Shown: positions 9,795 to 18,971, counted from the first letter of the stretch. The stretch: 64,000 nt of DNA from a virus (IMGVR_UViG_3300031998_000026:51528-115527), one strand, 5' to 3'. Numbers and translations are program-made. Notes: generated by a model not told the origin, from the sequence alone.

Positions 9795-9919
9795 CAGACG
9801 GGCGGGGCCGCGTGTCCCGCCCGCGACGTTTGCCGACGACGGTCGCGTGCGAAATCGATCTTACAAGGACCGTCCAATGGTCGCGTAGTCTCTTTTGAGA
9901 GGAGTTCCGTACGTCAATT

Positions 9920-10771
9920 ATGGAAGATATAACAAATTGTAGGTTTGGAGCTTTGACGCCAGTTGAGTTCGTTGGACATGGCAAGTGGAGATGTATCTGT
10001 GACTGCGGAAACACAGACTACGTGACACGTGCAGTGTTTCTTAAAAGAGGTGACATAAAGTCATGTGGCTGTGGAATACATCGATTTGGAGTGCTGACTG
10101 GAAGGCGATTTGGTCGTCTGACTGTATCTGAGTTTGTTGGAAGAAGCAGATGGCTTTGCAAGTGCGACTGCGGTAAAACCAAGGTTGTAAAGGCAAGCGA
10201 TTTGGTTCGCGGGGACGTCCAGTCTTGCGGATGTTACAAAATCGAACGGACGAAACAAGGCTCAAAGACGCATGGACTGAGCAAGAACAGCGGTAGATTG
10301 TACAGTTGTTGGATCTCAATGAGAGATAGGTGTAACAATCCAAACAATGCACATTATCATCGCTATGGCGGTCGTGGCATAAAAATATGTGACGAATGGT
10401 CTGACTATAAGAAGTTTTATGAATGGTCACACGGAAACGGATTCGACCCAAGCAAGCCATGGAAAGAGTGTACCTTGGATAGGATTGATAATGACGGCGA
10501 TTACTGTCCAGAAAACTGTCGTTGGACGACGCAGTCGATTCAAATCCTCAACCAAAAGCATGTGAGACACCATAGGCGAGGTGTTCCAGTCGATTTGGTC
10601 GGAGACAACGGAGAAGTAATCTCGACGTTTGAGTCGATTAGCGCCGCCGCAAAAGAGACTGGTTGTAAGTTCACGTCTGTAAGCAATACATGCCGAGGTG
10701 CTCAACATCGAGCGAACGGGATGATATTTCAGTATCACGACGAATCTCTTAGGAGGAAGTATGCAAGGTAG
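9920..10771 (+). CDS. HNH/NUMOD-type homing-endonuclease-like protein with tandem Zn-ribbon repeats (paralog 1 of 3)
   Basis: Two repeats FGxLTVxEFVGxxxWxCxCDCGxxxxVxxxxLxxGxxxSCGC, then YHRYGGRGIKICDEW and LDRIDNDGDYCPENCRW (HNH-like), and a C-terminal NUMOD-like FESISAAAKETG; paralogs at 15788 and 38587. Confidence 0.6.
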   Translation: MEDITNCRFGALTPVEFVGHGKWRCICDCGNTDYVTRAVFLKRGDIKSCGCGIHRFGVLTGRRFGRLTVSEFVGRSRWLCKCDCGKTKVVKASDLVRGDVQSCGCYKIERTKQGSKTHGLSKNSGRLYSCWISMRDRCNNPNNAHYHRYGGRGIKICDEWSDYKKFYEWSHGNGFDPSKPWKECTLDRIDNDGDYCPENCRWTTQSIQILNQKHVRHHRRGVPVDLVGDNGEVISTFESISAAAKETGCKFTSVSNTCRGAQHRANGMIFQYHDESLRRKYAR

Positions 10772-11186
10772 ACTCGGCGAAGACAGGGCTCAAATCATAC
10801 TCAACGCCATCCACAACGACCCAACGTTCTTCTTGAGTGACGGATGGTGCGAGGACCACAATGTGACCAAGGATGAGTGCGAGACGTTCCTCGAATACGG
10901 ACTGCGTCTCGCAAAGATGTACGACTGGCGCGCGGTCAACAGCGAGGTCGGGTCTGTCGAGGTGGGCCTGACGTTCACCAGCCACAGCGGCAAGGTCGGC
11001 TCCGAGGAGGAGAAGTGGACGGTGTTCGCCCCCCAGACGGACACGGCGAGGATAATGCGCGTCGCGGAGACGGGCAGGGTCACCGCGGTACTCACCCCCG
11101 AGCAGATGCCGCTGCCGCTCGACGAGGGCATGGGCGTCTTCGACATAGAGACGGGCGAGGTAATAAGTCAGTCACCCCACGCCTAA
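10761..11186 (+). CDS. Hypothetical protein whose C-terminal 8 codons lie inside the inserted mini-element
   Basis: ORF ends ...EVI|SQSPHA*; the last 8 codons fall within the left end of the omega-RNA-like element. Confidence 0.45.
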   Translation: MQGRLGEDRAQIILNAIHNDPTFFLSDGWCEDHNVTKDECETFLEYGLRLAKMYDWRAVNSEVGSVEVGLTFTSHSGKVGSEEEKWTVFAPQTDTARIMRVAETGRVTAVLTPEQMPLPLDEGMGVFDIETGEVISQSPHA

Positions 11187-11490
11187 ATGCGGGGGCTTGA
11201 AAGCCCTGACTGACTAGCCTGAGCGCCTCGGGCGCTACGTTGCCGACGAATGCATAGGCACCCTGGGATGTCCGCCCTAGTCCCAGGCACTGCGGCAGGT
11301 GGTTAAAGGCTCCGAGGGGTAGGAGCGGTGCCGCCTGCGGGAAACCGTCGGACAACATTGGCGAAGGGCAACTTACGGTTCGGCGCATACCGGCTTACAG
11401 CATAAAATGCGCCACTTCGTCAATATTGTGCAGCATCCTAGTAGAGAGGAGAGGTGCGGCTCCTCCCCATGCCTAAAGGCAGGGGTTCCC
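11167..11490 (+). mobile_element. Non-autonomous omega-RNA-only derivative of the IscB element (iscB deleted)
   Basis: Left end AGTCAGTCACCCCACGCCTAAATGCGGGGGCTTG, internal GGACAACATTGGCGA, and right-end hairpin CCTCCCCATGCCTAAAGGCAGGGG are all shared with the IscB element at 25414-26955; no ORF between the ends. Confidence 0.6.
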
Positions 11491-11503
11491 GCCGCACGAA
11501 ACT

Positions 11504-11875
11504 ATGATGGATAGCGGCTTCGAGCCCGAGTTCACGGGCCAGCACTTCGCGTGGGAGCTCGACCAGCTCAACGACCAGCTCGACGAGTCGATAGGTGCGT
11601 TGAGGATTGCGGGGTCGAAGAAGGCCGAGACCGAGAGGGACTACAGGGTCGCGCTCGCCAAGAAGATAATCGCTCTCAGGGCGCTGGGCACGCCCGTCAC
11701 GATCGTCAACGACCTCGCGAGGGGCGACGAGGAGGTCGCGACGCTGAGGCTCAAGAGGGACGTGGCGGAGTCCGAGTACTGGACCTCGCAGGAGGTAATA
11801 AACGTGGGCAAGCTCCGCGTGCGGACGGTCAACGACCAGATAGCGCGCGAGTGGGGCAGGCCAAGCAACATGTAG
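11504..11875 (+). CDS. Hypothetical protein
   Basis: 123 aa ORF immediately after the mini-element. Confidence 0.45.
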   Translation: MMDSGFEPEFTGQHFAWELDQLNDQLDESIGALRIAGSKKAETERDYRVALAKKIIALRALGTPVTIVNDLARGDEEVATLRLKRDVAESEYWTSQEVINVGKLRVRTVNDQIAREWGRPSNM

Positions 11876-11887
11876 GAGGGAGAACGG

Positions 11888-12184
11888 ATGAAGATACCAA
11901 GCGTTGAGGGCCACCTGACGTCCCTCGGCAACCTGGTGGTCGAGCAGACCGAGGACATGCACGTCAAGGTGACCATGAAGGCGACAAACCCGTCGAGGAT
12001 GCGGACGTCCCTGAGCGACTCTGGCGGCAGGGTCGTCCTCGACATGTGGGAGGGGCCACGCCCCCCGAAGGTGGGAGACGAGGTCAACGTGGACGGCAGC
12101 AGCTTTGCCATCACCAAGGTGGAGGCGTACGGCGGCGACATATGGGTGTACGGGGACAACGGACGGAAGGTCAGGTGGGAATAG
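11888..12184 (+). CDS. Hypothetical protein
   Basis: 98 aa ORF. Confidence 0.4.
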   Translation: MKIPSVEGHLTSLGNLVVEQTEDMHVKVTMKATNPSRMRTSLSDSGGRVVLDMWEGPRPPKVGDEVNVDGSSFAITKVEAYGGDIWVYGDNGRKVRWE

Positions 12185-12714
12185 TGTCGGCAGACATCAA
12201 CTCCGTGTCCGTGTCGGGGCACGTCACCAAGGACCCGACGCTTCGCTCGACGCAGTCGGGCACGGGCATACTCACGTTCTCGGTGGCGGTGAACGAGCGG
12301 CGCAAGACGCAGCAGGGCGAGTGGGAGGACGCGCCGTCCTTCGTGGACGTCGTCGTGTTCGGCAAGCCGACGGAGTGGCTCTCGAAGGACGTACGGAAGG
12401 GACGCTTCGTGTTCGTGCAGGGCAAGCTGAGGCAGACGTCGTGGGAGGACCGCGAGACGGGCCAGCGCAGGTCGAAGGTAGAGATAGTGGCCGACCTCGT
12501 CAAGTACGACAGGCTCCCCGACGCCGAGCGTCAGCAGGGCACGTACCAGCAGCCACAGCAGCAGGCGGCGTACCAGCAGCCACAGCAGGGAGCGTACCAG
12601 CAGCCACAGCAGCAGGCGGCGTACCAGCCGCCGCAGCCGACGAGGAGCGCCTACGTCGACCAGAGCCCCGCGCAGCAGCGTGACGACCCATACGGAGATT
12701 CAATCCCCTTCTAG
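12184..12714 (+). CDS. ssb: Single-stranded DNA-binding protein
   Basis: OB-fold core NSVSVSGHVTKDPTLRSTQSGTGILTFSVAVNERRK...RFVFVQGKLRQTSWEDRETGQRRSKVEIVADLV; Q/P-rich linker; acidic tail DDPYGDSIPF; GTG start overlapping the upstream stop. Confidence 0.85.
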   Translation: MSADINSVSVSGHVTKDPTLRSTQSGTGILTFSVAVNERRKTQQGEWEDAPSFVDVVVFGKPTEWLSKDVRKGRFVFVQGKLRQTSWEDRETGQRRSKVEIVADLVKYDRLPDAERQQGTYQQPQQQAAYQQPQQGAYQQPQQQAAYQPPQPTRSAYVDQSPAQQRDDPYGDSIPF

Positions 12715-12766
12715 CACCCGCTAGACGCACGTGCCAGTACAAGACGAAAGAGAAAGGCCCTCCCAC

Positions 12767-13417
12767 ATGGCAACCTACCGCGTACACAAGACCTCCAACT
12801 ACACCGTCATGAGCAACCGCCACCTGAGGGACGAGTCGCTGTCGCTGAGGGCGAAGGGGCTGCTGTCGGTGATGCTGATGCTGCCCGACGACTGGCGGTT
12901 CAGCGTGTCTGGGCTCGCGTCGATCCTCAAGGAGGGGGTCGGCGCCGTCAGGTCCACCCTCGCCGAGCTCAAGGACGCGGGGTACGTGAGGGTCGAGAAG
13001 GTGCGCGACGAATCCGGCAGGTACCGCTACGAGTACGACATATACGAGGCGCCCGGCAACGACGAGGAGAGGCCGTACGAGGTCGAGGCCCCCGACGTTG
13101 ACGAGCCAGGGCATGAGCCGACGCAAGAGAAGAAGCCCGAGCCGAAGGCCAAGGCGAGGAGGCCCGCCAAGCAGAGGCGGTTCAGCCCGCCCGCGCCCGA
13201 GGAGGTCGAGGAGTACGCGAGGTCGATAGGCTTCGCGCTCGACGGCGGGAGGTTCTGCGACTACTACGAGTCAAGGGGCTGGAAGTACAAGGGGAACGTC
13301 GCCATGCGTGACTGGAAGGCGGCGGTGAGGAACTGGAAGAGGTCGGGGTCTAATGACGTTGGCGGCAAGAGACGCAGCGACGAGGACGCGGAGTGGGACG
13401 CGAGGCACGGCTGGTAG
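12767..13417 (+). CDS. Replication initiation / replisome-organiser protein (DnaD-like N-terminal HTH)
   Basis: YTVMSNRHLRDESLSLRAKGLLSVMLMLPDDWRFSVSGLASIL typical of phage replisome-organiser N-terminal domains; precedes the DnaC-like gene. Confidence 0.6.
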   Translation: MATYRVHKTSNYTVMSNRHLRDESLSLRAKGLLSVMLMLPDDWRFSVSGLASILKEGVGAVRSTLAELKDAGYVRVEKVRDESGRYRYEYDIYEAPGNDEERPYEVEAPDVDEPGHEPTQEKKPEPKAKARRPAKQRRFSPPAPEEVEEYARSIGFALDGGRFCDYYESRGWKYKGNVAMRDWKAAVRNWKRSGSNDVGGKRRSDEDAEWDARHGW

Positions 13418-13418
13418 C

Positions 13419-14153
13419 GTGTGTCCGCTCTGCGGGGCCGTGCTCCCCACGAGGGACTTCGCGCTGCCCGGCCACAGGCCGATGGTGGTGACCATGCCGT
13501 GCGCGTGTCCCGGCGCCGTCGCCGAGGCCGCGGCGGAGGCGGCGGAGCGCACGAGGTCCGAGAGGGCGCGGAGGTTCGCGGAGGTGTGGTCGAGGTCGGG
13601 CGTGCCAGAGGAGTTCGCGCACGTCCGCGCCGACTTCTCGAGGGCCGACGCCATCGACTCGAACAGGAGCGTCTACATAGCGGGGAGGAACGGGCGCGGC
13701 AAGACGCACAGGGCGTGCCAGTACGCCAAGGGATGGCTCGTCAGGCACGTCACCGAGGAGCACGGCGTCATGGCCTGCAGGCGCTCGCTGAGGTTCGTGA
13801 CGTCTCAGAGGCTCGCGTCGCTCCTCAAGTCCTCGTGGCAGCGGTGGGACGAGACCGAGGAGGACGTGTTCCAGAGGCTCGCGGGGGTCGACCTGCTGGT
13901 GCTCGACGACCTCGGCAAGGGCGTGCCGAGCGAGTGGTTCGCTGAGAACCTGCTCAGGCTCATAGACGAGAGGTGGTCGGCGCACAAGCCGATGGTCATA
14001 ACGTCGCAGTACGGCACCTCAGAGCTCGCGGACAGGCTCTGCAAGGCTGACGACAACACGCTCGGGGCGCTCAAGTCGAGGCTCAGGGGATGGTGCGACG
14101 GCGAGGTCATCGAAGGGCCCGACAGGAGGATCGGGGGAGGTGTTGTGGAATGA
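13419..14153 (+). CDS. DnaC/IstB-like AAA+ helicase-loader ATPase
   Basis: Walker A GRNGRGKTH, Walker B LLVLDDLG; N-terminal Cys cluster; GTG start. Confidence 0.75.
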   Translation: MCPLCGAVLPTRDFALPGHRPMVVTMPCACPGAVAEAAAEAAERTRSERARRFAEVWSRSGVPEEFAHVRADFSRADAIDSNRSVYIAGRNGRGKTHRACQYAKGWLVRHVTEEHGVMACRRSLRFVTSQRLASLLKSSWQRWDETEEDVFQRLAGVDLLVLDDLGKGVPSEWFAENLLRLIDERWSAHKPMVITSQYGTSELADRLCKADDNTLGALKSRLRGWCDGEVIEGPDRRIGGGVVE

Positions 14154-14410
14154 GGCTGAGGAGGGACGTCCTTGAGGCCAAGCGCATGCGCATCCTGGCG
14201 TACGTGGTCGAGTACGAAAGGCCGTGGGCGCCGAGCGTCGGAGACGTGAGCCGTGGCTGCGGCATCCCGTCGAGGTCGACGGCTGCCGGGCACCTCAAGG
14301 CGCTCAGGGAGATGGGCCTCGTCGACTGGGACGACGGGAAGAGCAGGACGCTGCACGCGACCGAGGAGGGCATCGAGGCCGTCGGCAGGTGGAGGCAGGC
14401 GGGCCTTTAA
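14150..14410 (+). CDS. Winged-HTH regulator (LexA N-terminal-like)
   Basis: MRLRRDVLEAKRMRILAYVVEY...GHLKALREMGLV. Confidence 0.45.
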   Translation: MRLRRDVLEAKRMRILAYVVEYERPWAPSVGDVSRGCGIPSRSTAAGHLKALREMGLVDWDDGKSRTLHATEEGIEAVGRWRQAGL

Positions 14411-14478
14411 CTAGCGACAAGACAGATTGGGTGAGAGGGCGTCTTGCGGGGCGCCCTCGTGTTTTTAGGGGGTACAGA

Positions 14479-15192
14479 ATGCTCATGTTAGACAACGAGG
14501 TATCGGCGGTCATCTCATCGTGCCAGGTCGAGACGGAAAATCCGTGGGACGGGGGAGCATACGCGACGCTCGACGGATCGTCCCTGACGCTCAAATCGCC
14601 GATTGAGACGCTCAGGGTCGACTTCTGGCGCACGACAAGCTGGAAGCAGCGCATGGAGGCACTCTCGAGGCTGTTCTACGTCAACGACTACGAGGCCAAG
14701 GACGAGCCGACCGAGGTGATCATCCACGGCCCAGCGGTCGTCGCGTACTTCGCCGACGGGAAGAGGACGGTCGCCACGTGCAAGGGAGGCGACAGGTTCA
14801 GGCACGCCATGGGCGTCGTCATATGCGCGTTCAAGAGGGTCTGCGGCAAGAGGGAGCGCGTCGACGAGTGGGAGGACGTGCTCGACGCCGTGTGCCGCCT
14901 GTCACCCGAGCAGATGCGCACGCTGTCCAGGACGCTCTCCGTGGCCGCTGACATGCGCGACGTAATTGGCACGCAGGCGAGCTGGAACGGCGTGCTGTTC
15001 GGCCTCTCCGAGCGTGCCCCGAGGACAGCCAAGGCACTCAAGGGCTCGAGGGCAACCGACGACGGGAAGGTGGTCACCGTGTCCCTGCGCAAGGGCGCGA
15101 GCGTGTCGGGAGGGCAGGTGCGGGCTGTCAGGCGGGCAGTACGCAAGGTGTTCGGCGAGCGCGAGGTCAGGTTCGAGGGCCGCACGCGGTGA
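14479..15192 (+). CDS. Hypothetical protein
   Basis: 237 aa; preceded by the TAACTAGCGACA motif and a terminator hairpin. Confidence 0.45.
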   Translation: MLMLDNEVSAVISSCQVETENPWDGGAYATLDGSSLTLKSPIETLRVDFWRTTSWKQRMEALSRLFYVNDYEAKDEPTEVIIHGPAVVAYFADGKRTVATCKGGDRFRHAMGVVICAFKRVCGKRERVDEWEDVLDAVCRLSPEQMRTLSRTLSVAADMRDVIGTQASWNGVLFGLSERAPRTAKALKGSRATDDGKVVTVSLRKGASVSGGQVRAVRRAVRKVFGEREVRFEGRTR

Positions 15193-15662
15193 TCGAGATG
15201 TCAAGGCTCCAAGGCCTGTCAGTCGACAAGGCCGAGCTGTTCGGAAAGCCCAACGTGGGCTGCGAGTACACGGGTTACGAGTCAGGGGCGTATCGCGTGC
15301 TTGACGGCGCACGCTGCGTCGTATGCGGGTCGTACCACCCACTCAACGCACACCACGTATGTCCCCGGTCGGTGCGACACGTGTTCGTGCTCGGGGGACG
15401 CGAGCTAAGGTCGCCCCTCATGTGCCTGTGCGGGTCTGGCACGCAGGGTTGCCATGGGATGCTGCATGCCGGCAGGTTCGCGGTCAGGTGGGAGTGGGAC
15501 TCGGACGAGTCCATGGAGGCATGGTGGTCGGGCGAGCTGCTCGACCGCCACGGCCCGCACTCCGACGAGCTTTACCGATACGGAAGGTATCTGATAACCG
15601 ACCGCATGCGCGGCTTCGACATGACGGTTAGGGGGAACCCCTTTGGACGACGAGACGGTTGA
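15189..15662 (+). CDS. Putative HNH-like Cys/His nuclease
   Basis: VVCGSYHPLNAHHVCPRS ... CLCGSGTQGCHGMLH resembles a His-Me finger with Zn ligands. Confidence 0.35.
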   Translation: MIEMSRLQGLSVDKAELFGKPNVGCEYTGYESGAYRVLDGARCVVCGSYHPLNAHHVCPRSVRHVFVLGGRELRSPLMCLCGSGTQGCHGMLHAGRFAVRWEWDSDESMEAWWSGELLDRHGPHSDELYRYGRYLITDRMRGFDMTVRGNPFGRRDG

Positions 15663-15669
15663 GCGTGCG

Positions 15670-15807
15670 GTGAGGTACGCGCATGACACGGGATACGACG
15701 AGGGCTACGAGTGCGGATACCAGGACGGCTACGACGTGGGCTACGAGGACGGCGTCGCCTACGGATACGAGAAGGGCATCAGGGAGGATGAGGAAACCAA
15801 AATTTGA
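15670..15807 (+). CDS. Small acidic Gly-Tyr repeat peptide (45 aa)
   Basis: GTG start; VRYAHDTGYDEGYECGYQDGYDVGYEDGVAYGYEKGIREDEETKI; high GC3; not in the ORF track (under 60 aa). Confidence 0.35.
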   Translation: MRYAHDTGYDEGYECGYQDGYDVGYEDGVAYGYEKGIREDEETKI

Positions 15808-16444
15808 CCTTACTGGCATGAGGTTTGGAAGACTGACCGTAATTAGCTATAAGGGGCGGCAGTACTGGAACTGTATGTGTGACTGTGGCAACAGCGTAGC
15901 TGTGCGAGCAAACAACCTGAAGATGGGTACCGCAAAATCCTGTGGATGCTATCACAGAGATAGAGTAAGAGAAACATCAACAAAACATGGTGAGCATAAT
16001 AGACCTTTGTATCACGTATGGCAGTCGATGAAACAACGCTGTGGCAATAAGAATAGCCATGTTTATCAGTATTACGGTGGCAGGGGTATTAGCGTATGCC
16101 ATGAGTGGACTGAGTATATACCGTTTCGAAATTGGGCTTTGGCAAACGGCTACGCGCGTGGTCTTACTCTTGATCGTATTGATACAGATGGTAACTATGA
16201 GCCGTCAAACTGCAGATGGGTAACAATGTCTGTACAGAACTCAAATAAGCGCCACTACGAAAGGCCGTCTCTTTACAAACCTGTTGATGCAATAGGCGAT
16301 GATGGTCTTGTGTCACATTTTCCAAGCATAAAGAGCGCTGCAGAGTCTATCGGAGGAAACGTCAATTCGAATAAGACGCGCATACACAAGGCTCTTCGAG
16401 GGGAGATAAACAAGGCATTCGGCATGAGGTGGGAATATGCGTAA
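15788..16444 (+). CDS. HNH/NUMOD-type homing-endonuclease-like protein (paralog 2 of 3)
   Basis: MRKPKFDLTGMRFGRLTVISYKGRQYWNCMCDCGNS..., YQYYGGRGISVCHEW, LDRIDTDGNYEPSNCRW, C-terminal FPSIKSAAESIGG. Confidence 0.6.
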   Translation: MRKPKFDLTGMRFGRLTVISYKGRQYWNCMCDCGNSVAVRANNLKMGTAKSCGCYHRDRVRETSTKHGEHNRPLYHVWQSMKQRCGNKNSHVYQYYGGRGISVCHEWTEYIPFRNWALANGYARGLTLDRIDTDGNYEPSNCRWVTMSVQNSNKRHYERPSLYKPVDAIGDDGLVSHFPSIKSAAESIGGNVNSNKTRIHKALRGEINKAFGMRWEYA

Positions 16445-18023
16445 GCTCACCTTTATCTCGCTCTTCTCCGGCATAGAGGCTGCGAGCCTCGCGTTCGAGC
16501 CGCTCGGATGGGAGCCGGTGGCCTTCTGCGAGGTCGACGAATTTGCAAGTTCTATCTTGGCGAACAGGTGGCCCGACGTGCCGAACCTCGGGTCGATATG
16601 CGACGTGGATTGGAGTGAGTACCATGGAGCAGCTGACGTTTGCATTGGAGGATTTCCGTGCCAAAGCTACAGCATTGCCGGACTCCGCAAGGGACTGGCT
16701 GACCCTAGAGGTGAGCTCATGCTCGAGTTTCTCAGAGCTTGCAGGGAGGTCGACCCCGAGTGGGTCATCGCGGAGAACGTCCCAGGCCTTCTTTCCTCTC
16801 ACCAAGGAAGGGATTTCCAGACCTTCCTCGACGCGGTGGCTATCCTATGGCCTCGGGGGGGCTGCTGTTGGAGGGTTCTGGACGCGCAATGGTTCGGACT
16901 CGCCCAGCGGAGGCGCCGTCTGTTCGTTGTCGTCAACACTCGAGACTGGAGACGTGCCGCAGCGGTACTATCTGAGCCCGAAGGCGTGCTCTGGGATCTT
17001 GCGCCGCAGCAGGAAAAGAGGAAAGCCCTTGCCTCCGGTCCTGCAGGAGACGCTGGAGAGGGTGGCGGCGGAGGAGTGACGTCGTTCAAATGGTGGCAGG
17101 GAGCCAACGCGAGGTCGGTCGCCGCATACGATGACGGGACCACGTCCACGCTCACCAACTCCGACAGCCACCAGGCCGCCGTAATGTACCCTTCCGACAA
17201 GATGCTGTGCATGGCGAGCGGGCAGGCGCACGCCGAGATAGGCGAGGACGTCAGCCCGACGATGTCGGCGAGGCAGTTCAAGGACCCACCGATCGTCATT
17301 GACCGCGCCGCCTACAACCAGGGCGCGAACGCGCAGTACCCCCCCACATAGAGCAGACCGAGCTGATGGACACCCTGGTGGCGAGGGGTCCGCACGCGAT
17401 TGCGTACTCTCCAACGGACAGGAGATAGTCGGCGCGCTGTGCGTGAGGGACTTCAAGGCGGTGGGGAGCCAGTACGTGCAGGAAGGAAAGGTCATATGCC
17501 AGAGGAAGCGTACGTCCTGAAGGTTCGCATGGGAAGCGACACGTGGGTAAAGCCCGACGGCACCGTTGGCACCGCAGGCAAGGGGGCGCTCATAGAGAGG
17601 GAGGTCACGTTCACGTTGGCTACGAGACAGGACCAGACGCTGTTCCACCCAAGTGGCGGCGGATACGTGGTGAGAAGGCTCACGCCGACCGAGACAGAGA
17701 GGCTGCAGGGAATGCCTGACGGCTACACCGACCTGACTGGCTGCGACGTCAAGGCGGTGACGGACAAGGTGGCCGAGTCGCTCGGATACGACGAGAGGCA
17801 GAAGGCGAAGCTCAGGAGAAACGTCCAGAGGTGGTCGAACGAGTGCCCTGACGGCCCGAGGTACCGGTGCACGGGAAACAGCTTCGCGGTGCCGGTGGTC
17901 GGGTGGATCGGCGCGCGCCTGCAGATGGTGCAGGAAATCATAGACGAGACGGAGGGGGCCGACGAGGCCCCCGACTCATGTAGCGAACGGGATTCATTCG
18001 ATTGGATGCAAGATGCCAAGTAA
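16437..18023 (+). pseudogene. DNA (cytosine-5) methyltransferase interrupted by two compensating frameshifts
   Basis: Motif I FSGIEAASLA, motif IV GGFPCQSYSIAG and ENV in 16437-17351; the TRD-like segment ALCVRDFKAVG lies in the +1 frame (17352-17520); motifs IX/X RRLTPTETERLQGMPDGYTD and CTGNSFAVPV are back in the original frame to 18023; frame breaks at C7 tract 17338-17344 and near GGAAGGAAAGG around 17470. Confidence 0.65.
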
Positions 18024-18249
18024 GTTCCAGAGAAACCTGAAGCTGCTCATGCTCGACAGGGAGATGACGCAGAAGCAGCTCGCCGACGTCATAGGAACGA
18101 GCCAAGGGGACGTCTCCAGATGGGTGAACGGATACGTCTCGCCGACTTTGACAAAGCTCGTGAGGCTGAGGGAAGCGTTCGGCTGCACGTGGGAGGAGCT
18201 GCTCGGGGAAGGCCCCGACCTCGGTGCTGGTCGAAGGAAGCTCTCTTGA
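18013..18249 (+). CDS. XRE-family HTH regulator
   Basis: LMLDREMTQKQLADVIGTSQGDVSRWVNG. Confidence 0.6.
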   Translation: MPSKFQRNLKLLMLDREMTQKQLADVIGTSQGDVSRWVNGYVSPTLTKLVRLREAFGCTWEELLGEGPDLGAGRRKLS

Positions 18250-18971
18250 GGGTCGGGTGGTTCTCGTGCGGATGCTCATCCCTCGTGGCGTGCAAGGTCG
18301 CGCAACCGGACGAGGTCATATACATACACGTCACCGACCAGCATCCCGACACGCTGAGGTTCCTCGCAGACGCGAGGGTGCTTCTTGGGAGGCCGATAAC
18401 GGTACTGCAGTCGATGCGGTATGCGAACGTCGGTGACGTCATAGTCTCGAACGGATACATAAACGGGCCGTCCGGCGCGAGGTGCACGCTCGAGCTCAAG
18501 AAGAGGGTCAGGCAGGACTGGGAGCGCGAGCACTGGGCGAGGCACACGTACCTCTGGGGCTTCGATGTCACGGAGAGGTCTCGCGCCAGGAGGACGGTCG
18601 AGGCGATGCCTGAGTTCGACCACGAGTTCCCGCTGATAGACAGGGGGCTCACCAAGGAGGACTGCCATGCCCTCTGCGAGGAGTGGGGCATACGGAGGCC
18701 CGAGATGTACGACCTCGGGCTGCCGAACAACAACTGCATCTGCTGCGTAAAGGGTTCGAAGGGCTACTACAACAGGATGCGCGAGCTGTTCCCGGAGGCG
18801 TTCGCGAGGAGGGCGCGCGAGGAGCGCGAGGTGGGGCACAGCTGCCTCAGGGGCACGTTTCTCGACGAGCTAAACCCGAGGGCGGGCAGGGGGAAGGTGG
18901 TCGTCCCGGACTGCTCGCTCGCATGCACGTACGTTTTGGAACATGAGGCGGAAGGAGGCCAAGATGGCTGA
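18246..18971 (+). CDS. PAPS-reductase-like (PP-loop ATP pyrophosphatase superfamily, DndC-like) protein
   Basis: TTG start overlapping the upstream stop; PP-loop-like VGWFSCGCSSLVAC; phage PAPS-reductase-like family. Confidence 0.5.
   Translation: MRVGWFSCGCSSLVACKVAQPDEVIYIHVTDQHPDTLRFLADARVLLGRPITVLQSMRYANVGDVIVSNGYINGPSGARCTLELKKRVRQDWEREHWARHTYLWGFDVTERSRARRTVEAMPEFDHEFPLIDRGLTKEDCHALCEEWGIRRPEMYDLGLPNNNCICCVKGSKGYYNRMRELFPEAFARRAREEREVGHSCLRGTFLDELNPRAGRGKVVVPDCSLACTYVLEHEAEGGQDG

Noticed and set aside
8626-10014. 462-aa minus-strand ORF
   Set aside because: Antisense shadow of recT and downstream genes; Arg/Pro-rich, no RBS.
12046-12183. N-terminal extension of the SSB ORF (12046 start in the track)
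   Set aside because: The upstream part overlaps the preceding gene in a Gly/Arg-rich frame; the GTG at 12184 overlapping the upstream stop gives a canonical SSB N-terminus.
15683-15787. Thr/Arg-rich N-terminal extension of HNH paralog 2 (track start 15683)
   Set aside because: Low-complexity off-frame translation; the conserved N-terminus MRKPKFDLTGMRFGRLTV begins at 15788 and a better-looking peptide is encoded in the other frame.
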